Source of the DNA: a virus
Taxonomy: Duplodnaviria > Heunggongvirae > Uroviricota > Caudoviricetes
Length of the DNA: 64,000 nt
Strand: one strand, 5' to 3'
IMG/VR virus record: IMGVR_UViG_3300032038_000014
Location: 1-64,000 of that record
Shown one piece after another: positions 26,676 to 36,061 of this stretch; within the stretch, counting starts at the first letter, position 1, and each line of letters starts with the position of its first letter. Below the pieces are notes generated by a model. It saw nothing but the letters and a program-made list of their open reading frames with translations, was not told the DNA's origin and searched no databases. The position numbers and the translations under genes are program-made.

Positions 26676-26970
26676 TAAAGAACCTAAAACCGAGTTTTTC
26701 GGTCCAAAACCTGGAGACTATATTATTGTTAAATGTCCTTTTGACCAGGGTGATGGAAAAGGGTATACAGAACAAGAAATTAAAGACTTACAAGAAGGAC
26801 TACAAGATAAGTTTTGTAATAATATAGTAATTGTTATTCCAGATAATATAGATTTAAATGTTTATGAAAAAGAAGAATTAATAGAACAACTAACTAATTT
26901 ATTAAAACAATTAGAGGAAAAAGTTAAAGATGACAATTTACACGGACGGATCGTGCCGCTCGAATGGTAA
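26668..26970 (+). CDS. Hypothetical protein (100 aa)
   Basis: ORF overlapping the gyrB stop. Confidence 0.4.
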   Translation: MSNKEPKTEFFGPKPGDYIIVKCPFDQGDGKGYTEQEIKDLQEGLQDKFCNNIVIVIPDNIDLNVYEKEELIEQLTNLLKQLEEKVKDDNLHGRIVPLEW

Positions 26971-27403
26971 TCCAGATGCTATTGGAGGATTTGGTGTTGT
27001 TGCAGTTAGCGAAGAAAAAGGGTTATTTACTTACGCTCATCAAGAAATAGGGACAACTAATAATCGACAAGAAATTAAAGGTGTTTTATATGCTTTGTTT
27101 AATTTTGGAGATAAAGAATTTGCACCTACTGTTTATTGCGATTCAGCATATGTAGTAAACACTTTTAATGATTGGATGTTTAAATGGGCAGCTAATGATT
27201 GGAAAACTTCTACAAATAAAACTCCTGAAAATCTTGATTTAATTCAAGCATATTATGAATATTGGATGGAGGGTTATCGAATTAATCTTCAAAAAATCAC
27301 AGGTCATTCTGGAAATAAATGGAATGACTTAGCAGATAGATTAGCAACTGGTAAAGAATCAGCAAGTTATGAATGGAGGCCATATGGCGACAGATATTAT
27401 TAA
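26930..27403 (+). CDS. rnhA: Ribonuclease H (RNase HI-like)
   Basis: IYTDGSCRSNG ... TTNNRQEIKGVLYAL ... YCDSAYVV ... HSGNKWNDLADRLA (DEDD catalytic pattern). Confidence 0.75.
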   Translation: MTIYTDGSCRSNGNPDAIGGFGVVAVSEEKGLFTYAHQEIGTTNNRQEIKGVLYALFNFGDKEFAPTVYCDSAYVVNTFNDWMFKWAANDWKTSTNKTPENLDLIQAYYEYWMEGYRINLQKITGHSGNKWNDLADRLATGKESASYEWRPYGDRYY

Positions 27404-29762
27404 AGTAGATATAAAAGCAGAAATAGAACAAAGTTTATTAGACTATGGAATGAGTATTATAACAGATCGTGCTCTCCCTTCTGCAGAAGATGGTTTAAAA
27501 CCAGTAAACCGTCGTATCCTTTATGATATGTTTGATAAAGGATATATGAATAATAAAAAATTCGTTAAATGTGCACAGCCAGTAGGAGATACAATGGGTA
27601 GATTTCACCCTCATGGTGATTCTTCTATCTATGGAGCTTTGGCAGCAATGTCCCAAGAGTGGAATATGCGCTATCCTCTTATCTCTTGGCATGGTAATAA
27701 TGGTAGTAGAGATGGTGATGAACCTGCTGCTTATCGTTATACTGAGTGTAAATTATCAAAAATTGGCGAAGAAATGCTCGCTGATATTAAAAAGAATACA
27801 GTAGATTGGCAAAATGCTTATACTGATGAAGAAGAAGAACCGATCTATCTTCCAGGTAAATTACCTAATTTAATTGTAAATGGTACTTCTGGAATTGCAT
27901 GGGCCATGGCGTGTTCTTTTGCTCCTCATAATTTGAATGAGGTAATGGATGCAGCAACTTATCTGTTAGAAAATAAGGAGTGCGAAGTTAAAGAACTCTT
28001 ACAATTTATTAAAGGACCAGATTTTCCGACTGGAGGTCAATTAATTAATAAAAACGAATTGGCTACTGCTTATTTAACTGGAAGGGGTAGAGCGAGAGTT
28101 CGTGGAGAGTATACTATTGAATCATCCAGAAGTGGAGATTCGATTGTATTTACAAGTATTCCTTATAAAATATCAAAAGAAAAACTTATTGTTGATATAG
28201 ATAAATTATGTGAATCTGGAGAGATTAATGGAATTAAAACGATTCGCGATGAAACGAATCAGGAAGGCGTTCGATTTGTCATTGAACTGGAAAAAAGTGC
28301 TTCTGCCGATCCTATTATTGCTAAGCTTTTCAAAAAGACACAATTAGAAGATACATATAGTTTTAATCAAGTAGCTCTTTTGGATAAAAAACCAAGATTG
28401 TTAAATATTAAACAATTATTAGAGAGTTATATAGAACATCAACAAGATGTACTTTTAAGAAAATCTCAATTTGAATTAGATAAAGCCCAGAAGAGAGCAC
28501 ATATTCTTCAAGGATTGTTGAAAGCACTTGAAGATATTGATAATATTATTGCATTAATTAAAAAGTCTGAATCTGCGGCAAAGGCTAAAGAGCAGCTAAA
28601 GGTTCAGTATGGATTCTCTGAAGAACAAGCAAAAGCAATTCTTGATATGAAATTAAGTAAACTTGCTAATCTTGAAAAAGTAGAGATTCAAAATGAGTAT
28701 AATGATAAACTCGCTCTTATGGAGAAGTTATCTGCAATAATTTTAGATCCAACTCCAGAACTAAAAAAGATTTTTACTGAGCTTAAAGAGAAATATGGTG
28801 ATGCTCGCCGCACAAAAATTACACAAGTAGATGTTCCAAAAGAAGAAAAGGAAACTATTTATGTAGAACCAGAAAAGTGTGTTGTAGTTATGAGTGAAAC
28901 TGGAATAATTAAGAGAATTCCAAGCTCTAGTTTTAGAACTCAAAAACGCAATGGAAAAGGAGTAAAAACGCAAGGAGAAATTACTTCAGCAATTATTCGA
29001 ACTAATACAGTAGATAGCCTTATGGTATTTACTAATAGAGGAAAAATGTATCGTATACTTGTAGATGATATCCCTGTTGGAACTAATGTAACAGGCGGAC
29101 AGTCTATTAAGTCATTAATCGCTATGGATGCTGGTGAAGAACCGACTTTAATTTACTCTATATATCGTGATACAGACGCTAAATATATTCTTTTCACAAC
29201 TAAACAAGGATTGATTAAAAAGACTTCTTTAGAAGAATATATTAATACTAAAAAGAAAACTGGTATTATAGCGATTAATTTGCGGGAAGGCGACTCTTTA
29301 GCATCAGTGAACTTAGTTAAAGATGAAGAAATTGTCGTGATTACTAAAAACGGAATGGGAATTCGTATGAGTTCTCTTGATGCGTCTGCGACTTCAAGAG
29401 CCACAGTTGGTGTTAAAGGAATTACATTAAAAGAAGGTGATGAAGTAGCAAGTACTTTAGTAGTACGACATCCAACCGATCAAATAGCAATTTTCACAGA
29501 AAAAGGATTAGGAAAGAAAATTGCTATGTCAGAATTACCAGTGCAAAAGCGTGGTGGAAAAGGTTTAATTGTTTATAAACCTGATCAAGCTACTGGACAA
29601 ATAATTGGTTCTGCATTGGTATCTGATGAAGATCAAATATTAATAACTGGTTTAGTAGCATCTATATGTATTTCTGCAAAAGATATTCCTTTATTGAGTA
29701 GAGGATCGATCGGAAATCAATTAATAAAGGGCAGTAGTGCTACATCAGTGAGTAAAGTATGA
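27384..29762 (+). CDS. gyrA: Type IIA topoisomerase DNA breakage-reunion subunit (GyrA/ParC-like)
   Basis: RFHPHGDSSIYGAL signature, active-site region AAYRYTECKL, and C-terminal beta-pinwheel repeats. ATG 27384 follows a GGAGG RBS. Confidence 0.85.
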   Translation: MATDIIKVDIKAEIEQSLLDYGMSIITDRALPSAEDGLKPVNRRILYDMFDKGYMNNKKFVKCAQPVGDTMGRFHPHGDSSIYGALAAMSQEWNMRYPLISWHGNNGSRDGDEPAAYRYTECKLSKIGEEMLADIKKNTVDWQNAYTDEEEEPIYLPGKLPNLIVNGTSGIAWAMACSFAPHNLNEVMDAATYLLENKECEVKELLQFIKGPDFPTGGQLINKNELATAYLTGRGRARVRGEYTIESSRSGDSIVFTSIPYKISKEKLIVDIDKLCESGEINGIKTIRDETNQEGVRFVIELEKSASADPIIAKLFKKTQLEDTYSFNQVALLDKKPRLLNIKQLLESYIEHQQDVLLRKSQFELDKAQKRAHILQGLLKALEDIDNIIALIKKSESAAKAKEQLKVQYGFSEEQAKAILDMKLSKLANLEKVEIQNEYNDKLALMEKLSAIILDPTPELKKIFTELKEKYGDARRTKITQVDVPKEEKETIYVEPEKCVVVMSETGIIKRIPSSSFRTQKRNGKGVKTQGEITSAIIRTNTVDSLMVFTNRGKMYRILVDDIPVGTNVTGGQSIKSLIAMDAGEEPTLIYSIYRDTDAKYILFTTKQGLIKKTSLEEYINTKKKTGIIAINLREGDSLASVNLVKDEEIVVITKNGMGIRMSSLDASATSRATVGVKGITLKEGDEVASTLVVRHPTDQIAIFTEKGLGKKIAMSELPVQKRGGKGLIVYKPDQATGQIIGSALVSDEDQILITGLVASICISAKDIPLLSRGSIGNQLIKGSSATSVSKV

Positions 29763-29767
29763 CAATT

Positions 29768-29820
29768 AGGGGAGGAAGTAAGTTCCTCCCCTTGATTTTT
29801 TTATAAAATTATTATATAAT
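29768..29820 (+). promoter_or_regulatory. Terminator hairpin (AGGGGAGGAAGTAAGTTCCTCCCCT) fused to a sigma70-like promoter
   Basis: Hairpin, then TTGATTTTTTT; TATAAT at 29815-29820. Confidence 0.5.
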
Positions 29821-29859
29821 ATTAATATAATATAAAGGAAAAAGGAAAGAGATAAACTA

Positions 29860-31815
29860 ATGCAAGATATTCAAAAAATTGAATTATTAGTTGATCAGTT
29901 GAATCAAGCTACACAAGCCTATGATGAAGGCAAACCAATAATGACTGATAAAGATTGGGATAAAATGTATTTTACACTTCAATCTTTAGAAAGAGAAACG
30001 GGAATAATTTTACCAAATTCTCCAACTCAAAAAGTTGTTTATCAAGTGGTTAATAAATTAGAAAAAGTTAAACATAGTCATGCTATGCTTTCTTTAGATA
30101 AATCTAAAGAATTAAGCGACATAGCAGAGTTTTTAGGTACAGAGCAACCTTGGGTTGCAATGATGAAGCTCGATGGTTTAACTTGCTCTCTTACTTACGA
30201 GGGTGGTCAATTGGTATCTGCTGAAACTCGTGGAGATGGAGAAGTTGGAGAGAATATTTTGCACAATGCGTTCGTTATTAAATCAATTCCAAAACGCATT
30301 TCCTATCTTGATCGTTTTGTAGTAGATGGAGAGATTATTTGTACAGAACAGGACTTTGAAGAGTTTAAGGACGAGTATAAAAATCCTCGAAACTTTGCTG
30401 CTGGAAGTATTCGGCTTTTAGATTCTAAGGAATGTGAATCAAGAAAGCTTTCTTTTGTTGTATGGGATGTAATTGAAGGATTGCCTCATGCTAATTCATT
30501 TGTAGATAGACTTCTAATTGCAAATACTTTAGGATTTTATACTGTTCCAACATATCTCTCAAAAGGTCAAACATTAGAAGAGTTAGTTTCCACTATACAA
30601 CTCGTAGCTAGAAATATAGGATATCCAATAGATGGAGTAGTATTTAAATTTAATGATGTTGAGTACGGAAAAACTCTTGGACGCACATCACATCACTTCA
30701 AAAACGCAATTGCTTATAAGTTTTATGATGAAACTTATAAAACTCATCTACTGGATATAGAATGGACAATGGGACGTACTGGAGTTCTTACTCCAGTAGC
30801 CGTATTTGAACCAATCTGGATCGATGGTAGTTTAATAGAACGAGCAAATTTACATAATATTAGTGTAATGAAAACCCTTTTAGGGAAACCTTTTAAAGGA
30901 CAAACTTTATATATTTATAAAGCAAATCAAATTATTCCACAAGTGAAATCTGCGGATAATACAGATGAAAATGAAGTATTTTATATGGGACAGACTTTAT
31001 TTGAGCCTCCAAAAGAGTGTCCTATTTGCGGCCAGGCGGTACAAATTACTACACAATCTAATGGGGTAGAATTTGCAATTTGTAGCAATTCAGCTTGTGA
31101 AGGAAAGTTTATTAATCAACTTGACCATTTTTGTGGTAAAAAAGGATTAGATATTAAAGGTATTTCAAAAGCAACTCTTGGTAAATTAATTGAATGGAAT
31201 TGGGTTAATAGTTTATCTGATATATTTAAGCTAGATGAACATCGAACAGAATGGATGAATAAACCAGGATTTGGTCAAAAATCTGTTGATAAAATTCTTA
31301 ACTCTATTCAGGCCGCAAGATATACAACTTTAGAAAAGTTTATCTCTTCTCTTGGAATTCCATTTATTGGGCAAACGGTTTCAAAAGATTTAGTAAAAGT
31401 AATTCCGACATATAAAGAATTTAAAGAAAAAGCACAAAATAAATTTGATTTTGCCCAGTATCCTGGATTTGCAAGTTCTAAAACACTTGCAATATGGAAT
31501 TATAATTTTTCAGAAGCAGATAAAATTTATCCATATTTAATTTTTGAAGAACAAATAAAAGAAGAAACTAATAATAATCTTGAAGGAATTACTGTTTGTA
31601 TTACTGGAAAATTAAACCTTTATAAAAATAGAGCAGCTTTACAAGAGGCGATTGAAGCTGCTGGAGGTAAGGTTTCTAGTTCCGTTTCTGGAAAAACAAA
31701 TTATTTAATTAATAATGATATTACTTCCACTTCATCAAAGAACTTAACGGCTCAAAAACTTGGGGTTAAAATAATAACTGAACAAGACTTTTTCGACCAG
31801 TTCTTGACAAAATAA
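29860..31815 (+). CDS. ligA: NAD-dependent DNA ligase
   Basis: KxDG adenylation motif (MMKLDGLT), Cys4 zinc finger (CPICGQ ... CSNSAC), HhH region and C-terminal BRCT (ITGKLNLYKNRAALQEAIEAAGGKVSSSVS). Confidence 0.9.
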   Translation: MQDIQKIELLVDQLNQATQAYDEGKPIMTDKDWDKMYFTLQSLERETGIILPNSPTQKVVYQVVNKLEKVKHSHAMLSLDKSKELSDIAEFLGTEQPWVAMMKLDGLTCSLTYEGGQLVSAETRGDGEVGENILHNAFVIKSIPKRISYLDRFVVDGEIICTEQDFEEFKDEYKNPRNFAAGSIRLLDSKECESRKLSFVVWDVIEGLPHANSFVDRLLIANTLGFYTVPTYLSKGQTLEELVSTIQLVARNIGYPIDGVVFKFNDVEYGKTLGRTSHHFKNAIAYKFYDETYKTHLLDIEWTMGRTGVLTPVAVFEPIWIDGSLIERANLHNISVMKTLLGKPFKGQTLYIYKANQIIPQVKSADNTDENEVFYMGQTLFEPPKECPICGQAVQITTQSNGVEFAICSNSACEGKFINQLDHFCGKKGLDIKGISKATLGKLIEWNWVNSLSDIFKLDEHRTEWMNKPGFGQKSVDKILNSIQAARYTTLEKFISSLGIPFIGQTVSKDLVKVIPTYKEFKEKAQNKFDFAQYPGFASSKTLAIWNYNFSEADKIYPYLIFEEQIKEETNNNLEGITVCITGKLNLYKNRAALQEAIEAAGGKVSSSVSGKTNYLINNDITSTSSKNLTAQKLGVKIITEQDFFDQFLTK

Positions 31816-31832
31816 AAAAAATTTAATATAAT
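31804..31832 (+). promoter_or_regulatory. Consensus sigma70 promoter overlapping the ligA 3' end
   Basis: TTGACA at 31804-31809, 17 bp spacer, TATAAT at 31827-31832. Confidence 0.55.
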
Positions 31833-31864
31833 GCTATCGTAAATTTAAGGAAGAAAAATTTCAT

Positions 31865-32050
31865 ATGACTAATAAACAGTTAAAAAATCTCGCTAAACAA
31901 ATCGCTAAGTTAGAATTAAAAATGCAAAAAACAAATGATATACAAGAAAGAGCGAATTTAGAAGCAGAGATGACTAAATTAGCAAGTGGACTCAATTTAA
32001 ATGATTTAATATTTTTAGATGAATGTATTCAAAAGAAGTTACTTGACTAA
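31865..32050 (+). CDS. Hypothetical coiled-coil protein (61 aa)
   Basis: Small ORF with an RBS. Confidence 0.4.
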   Translation: MTNKQLKNLAKQIAKLELKMQKTNDIQERANLEAEMTKLASGLNLNDLIFLDECIQKKLLD

Positions 32051-32071
32051 AAGAAATTTTTTTGATATAAT
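32043..32071 (+). promoter_or_regulatory. Sigma70-like promoter
   Basis: TTGACT at 32043-32048, 17 bp spacer, TGATATAAT. Confidence 0.5.
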
Positions 32072-32118
32072 ATTTACATCTTGAAGCAAATGAAAGAATT
32101 AAAAGGAGAATATTAATT

Positions 32119-32391
32119 ATGGCTATGAAGGAAAATTCAAAGAAAGTATTTAATTATCTTAAGCAAATCAATGGAACAGACGTTACTGCAGCTGACGTAG
32201 CTGAGGCTCTTGGTCTTGAAAAGAGAAGCGTTGATGGTATCTTCACTTCTGCTATTCAGAGAAAAGGTCTTGGAGTTAGAACTCCTGCTGAAATCGAGCT
32301 TGAAGACGGATCTCATAAGGCTGTTAAGTTCCTCTCCCTCACTGAAGCTGGTATGAGTTTCGATCCAGACGCTGAGGAAGCTGCTAACTAA
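32119..32391 (+). CDS. Small (90 aa), probably highly expressed protein of unknown function
   Basis: Strong AAAGGAG RBS, own promoter, followed by a strong hairpin (GGGGTAGAATAATCAACATTATTCTACCCC). Markedly GC3-richer codon usage than its neighbours. Confidence 0.5.
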   Translation: MAMKENSKKVFNYLKQINGTDVTAADVAEALGLEKRSVDGIFTSAIQRKGLGVRTPAEIELEDGSHKAVKFLSLTEAGMSFDPDAEEAAN

Positions 32392-32453
32392 TTCGATAAT
32401 TGATTATACATGAGGGGTAGAATAATCAACATTATTCTACCCCGCTTTCTTCT

Positions 32454-33452
32454 ATGTGGACTTATTTATTAATAACACTAATTTTTGGATTAATAATTGG
32501 TTTTGTAATTACAAGACTAATTCTTTCCAAAAAACTAAGAAATGTAGCAGAAATCAATCAAGCGGTCAAAGAGGAAAATGATCGAGCTCAAATTGAACTT
32601 AATCGTACACAAGTCGAGTTAGAATCTGCCCGAAAACAACAATCGGATTTACGCCAACAGCAAAATGAATTAAGTACTACATTATCTGAATTATCGGCTA
32701 AAATTTTAACAAGCCAGGAGGAAGCAGATACTGCGGTAAAAACTTATTACGATAGAATTCTTAATGCTGCTAAACACAATATTCAACTTGATATTGAACA
32801 ATTAGAAGCTGATTATACTAAAGCAGAACAAGAATATCAACAAGAATATTTAACAGTATTAAATGAAGCTGTCGAATCTTTAAAACAAGAAATAGATTGT
32901 AAAACTACAATCACTTATGAGTTAACACAACAATTAAATGAGCTTCAAGATAAAGTTAATGCTGCTGTTGAAGCAAGTAAACGAGCAGTTGAATTAGAAC
33001 AGAAAAAAGATTTTTATCGACTCGTTATTTCAGATATTGATGCTGAAGAAATAAGGAGATTGCGGGAAGTGGTTCCATATCTGCGCAATAGTGAACCACT
33101 AAATAAAGTAATATGGAAGGTTTATTATGAACGCCCTTATACAGACTTAATTGGAAGAGTTGTAGGATCGGGTGTTCATTGTGGCATTTACAAGATTACT
33201 AATATAGAAAATAATATGTGTTATGTTGGTCAAGCTGTTAATATAGCTGATCGATGGAAACAACATATCAAAAGAGGCCTGGGTGCAGACACGCCAACAA
33301 GAAATAAGCTATATCCTGCTATGATGGCTTTTGGAGTAGAAAATTTCACTTTTGAAATAGTAGAAGAGTGTACAAGAGATAAATTAAATGAAAGAGAGGA
33401 CTATTGGCAGGATTATTTTAAAGCAAAAGAATTTGGATATAGTATTAAATAG
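32454..33452 (+). CDS. Membrane-anchored coiled-coil protein with C-terminal GIY-YIG nuclease domain
   Basis: N-terminal TM (LLITLIFGLIIGFVITRLIL), ~200 aa Gln/Glu-rich coiled coil, C-terminal GIYKITNIENNMCYVGQAVNIADRWKQHIKRG ... EREDYWQDYF. Confidence 0.6.
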   Translation: MWTYLLITLIFGLIIGFVITRLILSKKLRNVAEINQAVKEENDRAQIELNRTQVELESARKQQSDLRQQQNELSTTLSELSAKILTSQEEADTAVKTYYDRILNAAKHNIQLDIEQLEADYTKAEQEYQQEYLTVLNEAVESLKQEIDCKTTITYELTQQLNELQDKVNAAVEASKRAVELEQKKDFYRLVISDIDAEEIRRLREVVPYLRNSEPLNKVIWKVYYERPYTDLIGRVVGSGVHCGIYKITNIENNMCYVGQAVNIADRWKQHIKRGLGADTPTRNKLYPAMMAFGVENFTFEIVEECTRDKLNEREDYWQDYFKAKEFGYSIK

Positions 33453-33466
33453 GAGTATTTCTATTA

Positions 33467-33765
33467 TGGTTAGAATTATAGATAATAAATCTACTGGAAA
33501 AACAGGTAGATTAATGCTTCTTGCCAAGGATACTGGCGCTTTATTCGTTTGCGGAAATCCATATGCTATGAAAGAAAAGGCTCATGCATATGGAATTACT
33601 GGCATAAATTTTATTAGCTATAACGACTTTCTTGATTCTAAAAAATGGAAAGGCGAACATGGTACACAGCCAGTAGTAATAGATGAAATGGAAGCCATGG
33701 TTAGGTATCAAAATCCTAATCTAAATGTTATAGGCTACTCCATTAGCGAAGATGATGAACAATGA
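33467..33765 (+). CDS. Hypothetical protein (99 aa)
   Basis: ORF between the GIY-YIG and ThyX-like genes. Confidence 0.35.
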
Positions 33766-34586
33766 AATTTGAAAATATAAGAGTTTATAATTTTGAATGT
33801 GCATTACGTGGTATGAGAAACCCAAAGAATTCTTGGGGTCGAAGCGATAGTGAGTTCGGGATTAAAAAGTTAGACGCTAATTGCGGCCAGGCTGTTGCGA
33901 AGAAGTGGGCGCAAGAAGTCGATCCTAAAGCAATAGAAGATTATGTTTCAAATGAAGATTTGATAACAGATTATTCTTATTGGCTATGGAGAAATGGAAT
34001 TCTTCAAGTTGATAAAGATGACCGATATGCAGAAGTAGCTTTTATTGGTCCACAAGACTTGAAACTAGCTATGATACTAACTAAGGCTGGCCCGGAGCAC
34101 AGAAAATTTCTTCGACAGATTTTTGTGTCTGTAGATATTACAGCTCCTCTTTATTGGTGGAAAGAATTTGATACTTATAAAGTAGGAACTGTCGCAAATT
34201 CAACATCTACTATGCACAAACTTGCTGAAACTCCAATCACATTTGAATGTTTTGAAACTGGGGATTATCAAGAATCGTATGCGATTCCAGATAAAGAAGA
34301 GGAGAAATTGCCATATCCAGATCAATTTATTAAGTATCTTGAGTATCTTCGTCAGAAATACCTTGAAACTCAAGAGATTGGCTACTGGAAAGAGCTAATT
34401 CGTTGGTTACCAGAATCTTGGCTTCAGACTAGAACTGTAACAATGAACTATGAAAACCTTTTAGCTATGTGTTCAAAAGGTCAACGTAGATATCATAAAT
34501 TAACAGAATGGTCTGATAGCTTTATAAAGTTTGCAAGGAAACTACCATATGCACAACAATTAATCTTTTTGGACGAGATCGTATAA
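33762..34586 (+). CDS. ThyX-like (Thy1 fold) protein lacking the canonical RHR motif
   Basis: Segments ITAPLYWWKEFDTYKVGTVANSTS and TVTMNYENLLAMCSKGQRRYHKLTEW resemble the ThyX regions AP(I/L)FVxRQWFRHR...S and [23 protein letters not shown], but RHR is replaced by DTY. Confidence 0.5.
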   Translation: MKFENIRVYNFECALRGMRNPKNSWGRSDSEFGIKKLDANCGQAVAKKWAQEVDPKAIEDYVSNEDLITDYSYWLWRNGILQVDKDDRYAEVAFIGPQDLKLAMILTKAGPEHRKFLRQIFVSVDITAPLYWWKEFDTYKVGTVANSTSTMHKLAETPITFECFETGDYQESYAIPDKEEEKLPYPDQFIKYLEYLRQKYLETQEIGYWKELIRWLPESWLQTRTVTMNYENLLAMCSKGQRRYHKLTEWSDSFIKFARKLPYAQQLIFLDEIV

Positions 34587-34600
34587 TAAGTCTTCTTTAG

Positions 34601-34629
34601 TTGATTTTTTATTTAAAATTTGATATAAT
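34601..34629 (+). promoter_or_regulatory. Sigma70-like promoter
   Basis: TTGATT at 34601-34606, 17 bp spacer, TGATATAAT. Confidence 0.5.
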
Positions 34630-34662
34630 ATAAGTAAAGAAATAAGAAAGAGAGTTTTTATT

Positions 34663-35022
34663 ATGAGTAAAAAGCAGGAATTTATAACTTATATAGAAGA
34701 TAATTTAATGTCTAAAGTTGATGAAAATGAAATCCCAGATGGCGTTCGAGTTTATTGGGAAACTTTTAAAGGAAAGAATGAAGAAGATAAACCTCTCTTT
34801 ACAGAAACAGGTAAGCTGATTCTTGGTTATCTCCAAGACCATCAGAAAGATATGCCGATTGCGAAAGCAAAGGATATAGGAGAAGGTTTGTTTGTTTCTT
34901 CAAGAAAAGTTTCTGGTTCAATTCGTAAACTTGTCGCAGAAGGGTATGTAGAAAAAATTGGTCAGGATCCAGTTGTTTATGAATTAACTGAAAAAGGTAG
35001 AACAGCGAATATTAATGAATAA
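34663..35022 (+). CDS. Putative winged-helix DNA-binding regulator (119 aa)
   Basis: C-terminal SSRKVSGSIRKLVAEGYVEKIG resembles a wHTH recognition helix and wing. Confidence 0.4.
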   Translation: MSKKQEFITYIEDNLMSKVDENEIPDGVRVYWETFKGKNEEDKPLFTETGKLILGYLQDHQKDMPIAKAKDIGEGLFVSSRKVSGSIRKLVAEGYVEKIGQDPVVYELTEKGRTANINE

Positions 35023-35040
35023 TTAAGGAGAATAAAAACA

Positions 35041-35976
35041 ATGAAAAATATGATTAATAGAACACACATTGAAGGATGGCTTTATGATAACGATCTTGCA
35101 CTGAAGGAGTCTGGACCAACTTCAAAAAATCCTGGAACTCAGTTCATTAGCGGTACAATTCAGATTGCTACTGATGATGAGCAGACAAATATTGTTCCAG
35201 TACATTTCACATATGTTACTGCAACAACTTCAAAGGGTAATCAGAATGCGACATTTGGTATTCTGAATGATATTATAAATGGTAAATATAAGAGCGTTAT
35301 GAAGGATGATGCTGCAAGCGCAACTAAACTTCGTATTGATTCTGCAATTGGTCTTAATGACTTCTATACAGATCGTAATGGAGAAGAAATCCTTGTAAGC
35401 GCAAAGAGAAATGAGGGTGGATTTGTTCATGTAACAAATGAGCTCGCAGAGGACGAAAAGGCTCGTAACACATTTGAGGCAGATATGCTCATTACTGGTG
35501 TTACAAGAGTTGAGGCTGATGAAGAGCGTCAGCTTCCAGAGAAGGTTATCGTAAAGGGAGCTATTTTTGACTTCCGTAAGGCACTTCTTCCTCTTGAGTT
35601 CAGTGCAACAAATCCTAATGCAATGAATTACTTCGAAGGACTTGGTGCTTCTTCTAAGGAGCCTGTATTCACAAAGGTTTGGGGTCGTCAGATCTCTGAA
35701 ACAATCACTAAGACATATGTAGAAGAGTCTGCTTTTGGTGAGGATAGTGTAAGAGAGGTTAAGTCTTCTCGTAAGGATTTTGTAATCACAGGTGCTGCAA
35801 GAGAGCCATATGTATGGGATGATGCAGAAACAATCACTGCTGCAGAGCTTACTCAGGCTATGCAGGATCGTGAGGTTTATCTTGCAACTGTTAAGCAGCG
35901 TTATGATGAGTATCAGGCTACAAAGGGCCAGGCTGCTCCAGCTGCAACAGCTAAGTCCGGAGCATTTAATTTCTAA
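35041..35976 (+). CDS. Abundant-protein candidate, possibly an ssDNA-binding protein (311 aa)
   Basis: Strong RBS, GC3-rich codon usage, followed by the GGGAAAGTCTGGGC...GCCCAGAC...TTCCC hairpin. It lies immediately upstream of a recombination-type ATPase. No SSB motif was identified, so the call is low-confidence. Confidence 0.35.
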   Translation: MKNMINRTHIEGWLYDNDLALKESGPTSKNPGTQFISGTIQIATDDEQTNIVPVHFTYVTATTSKGNQNATFGILNDIINGKYKSVMKDDAASATKLRIDSAIGLNDFYTDRNGEEILVSAKRNEGGFVHVTNELAEDEKARNTFEADMLITGVTRVEADEERQLPEKVIVKGAIFDFRKALLPLEFSATNPNAMNYFEGLGASSKEPVFTKVWGRQISETITKTYVEESAFGEDSVREVKSSRKDFVITGAAREPYVWDDAETITAAELTQAMQDREVYLATVKQRYDEYQATKGQAAPAATAKSGAFNF

Positions 35977-36061
35977 TTTGAAGAACTGTATTTCGTTATA
36001 ATAGGGAAAGTCTGGGCTTTATGCCCAGACATTTCCCATCTAAAAAGAAAGAGAGGAAGAT

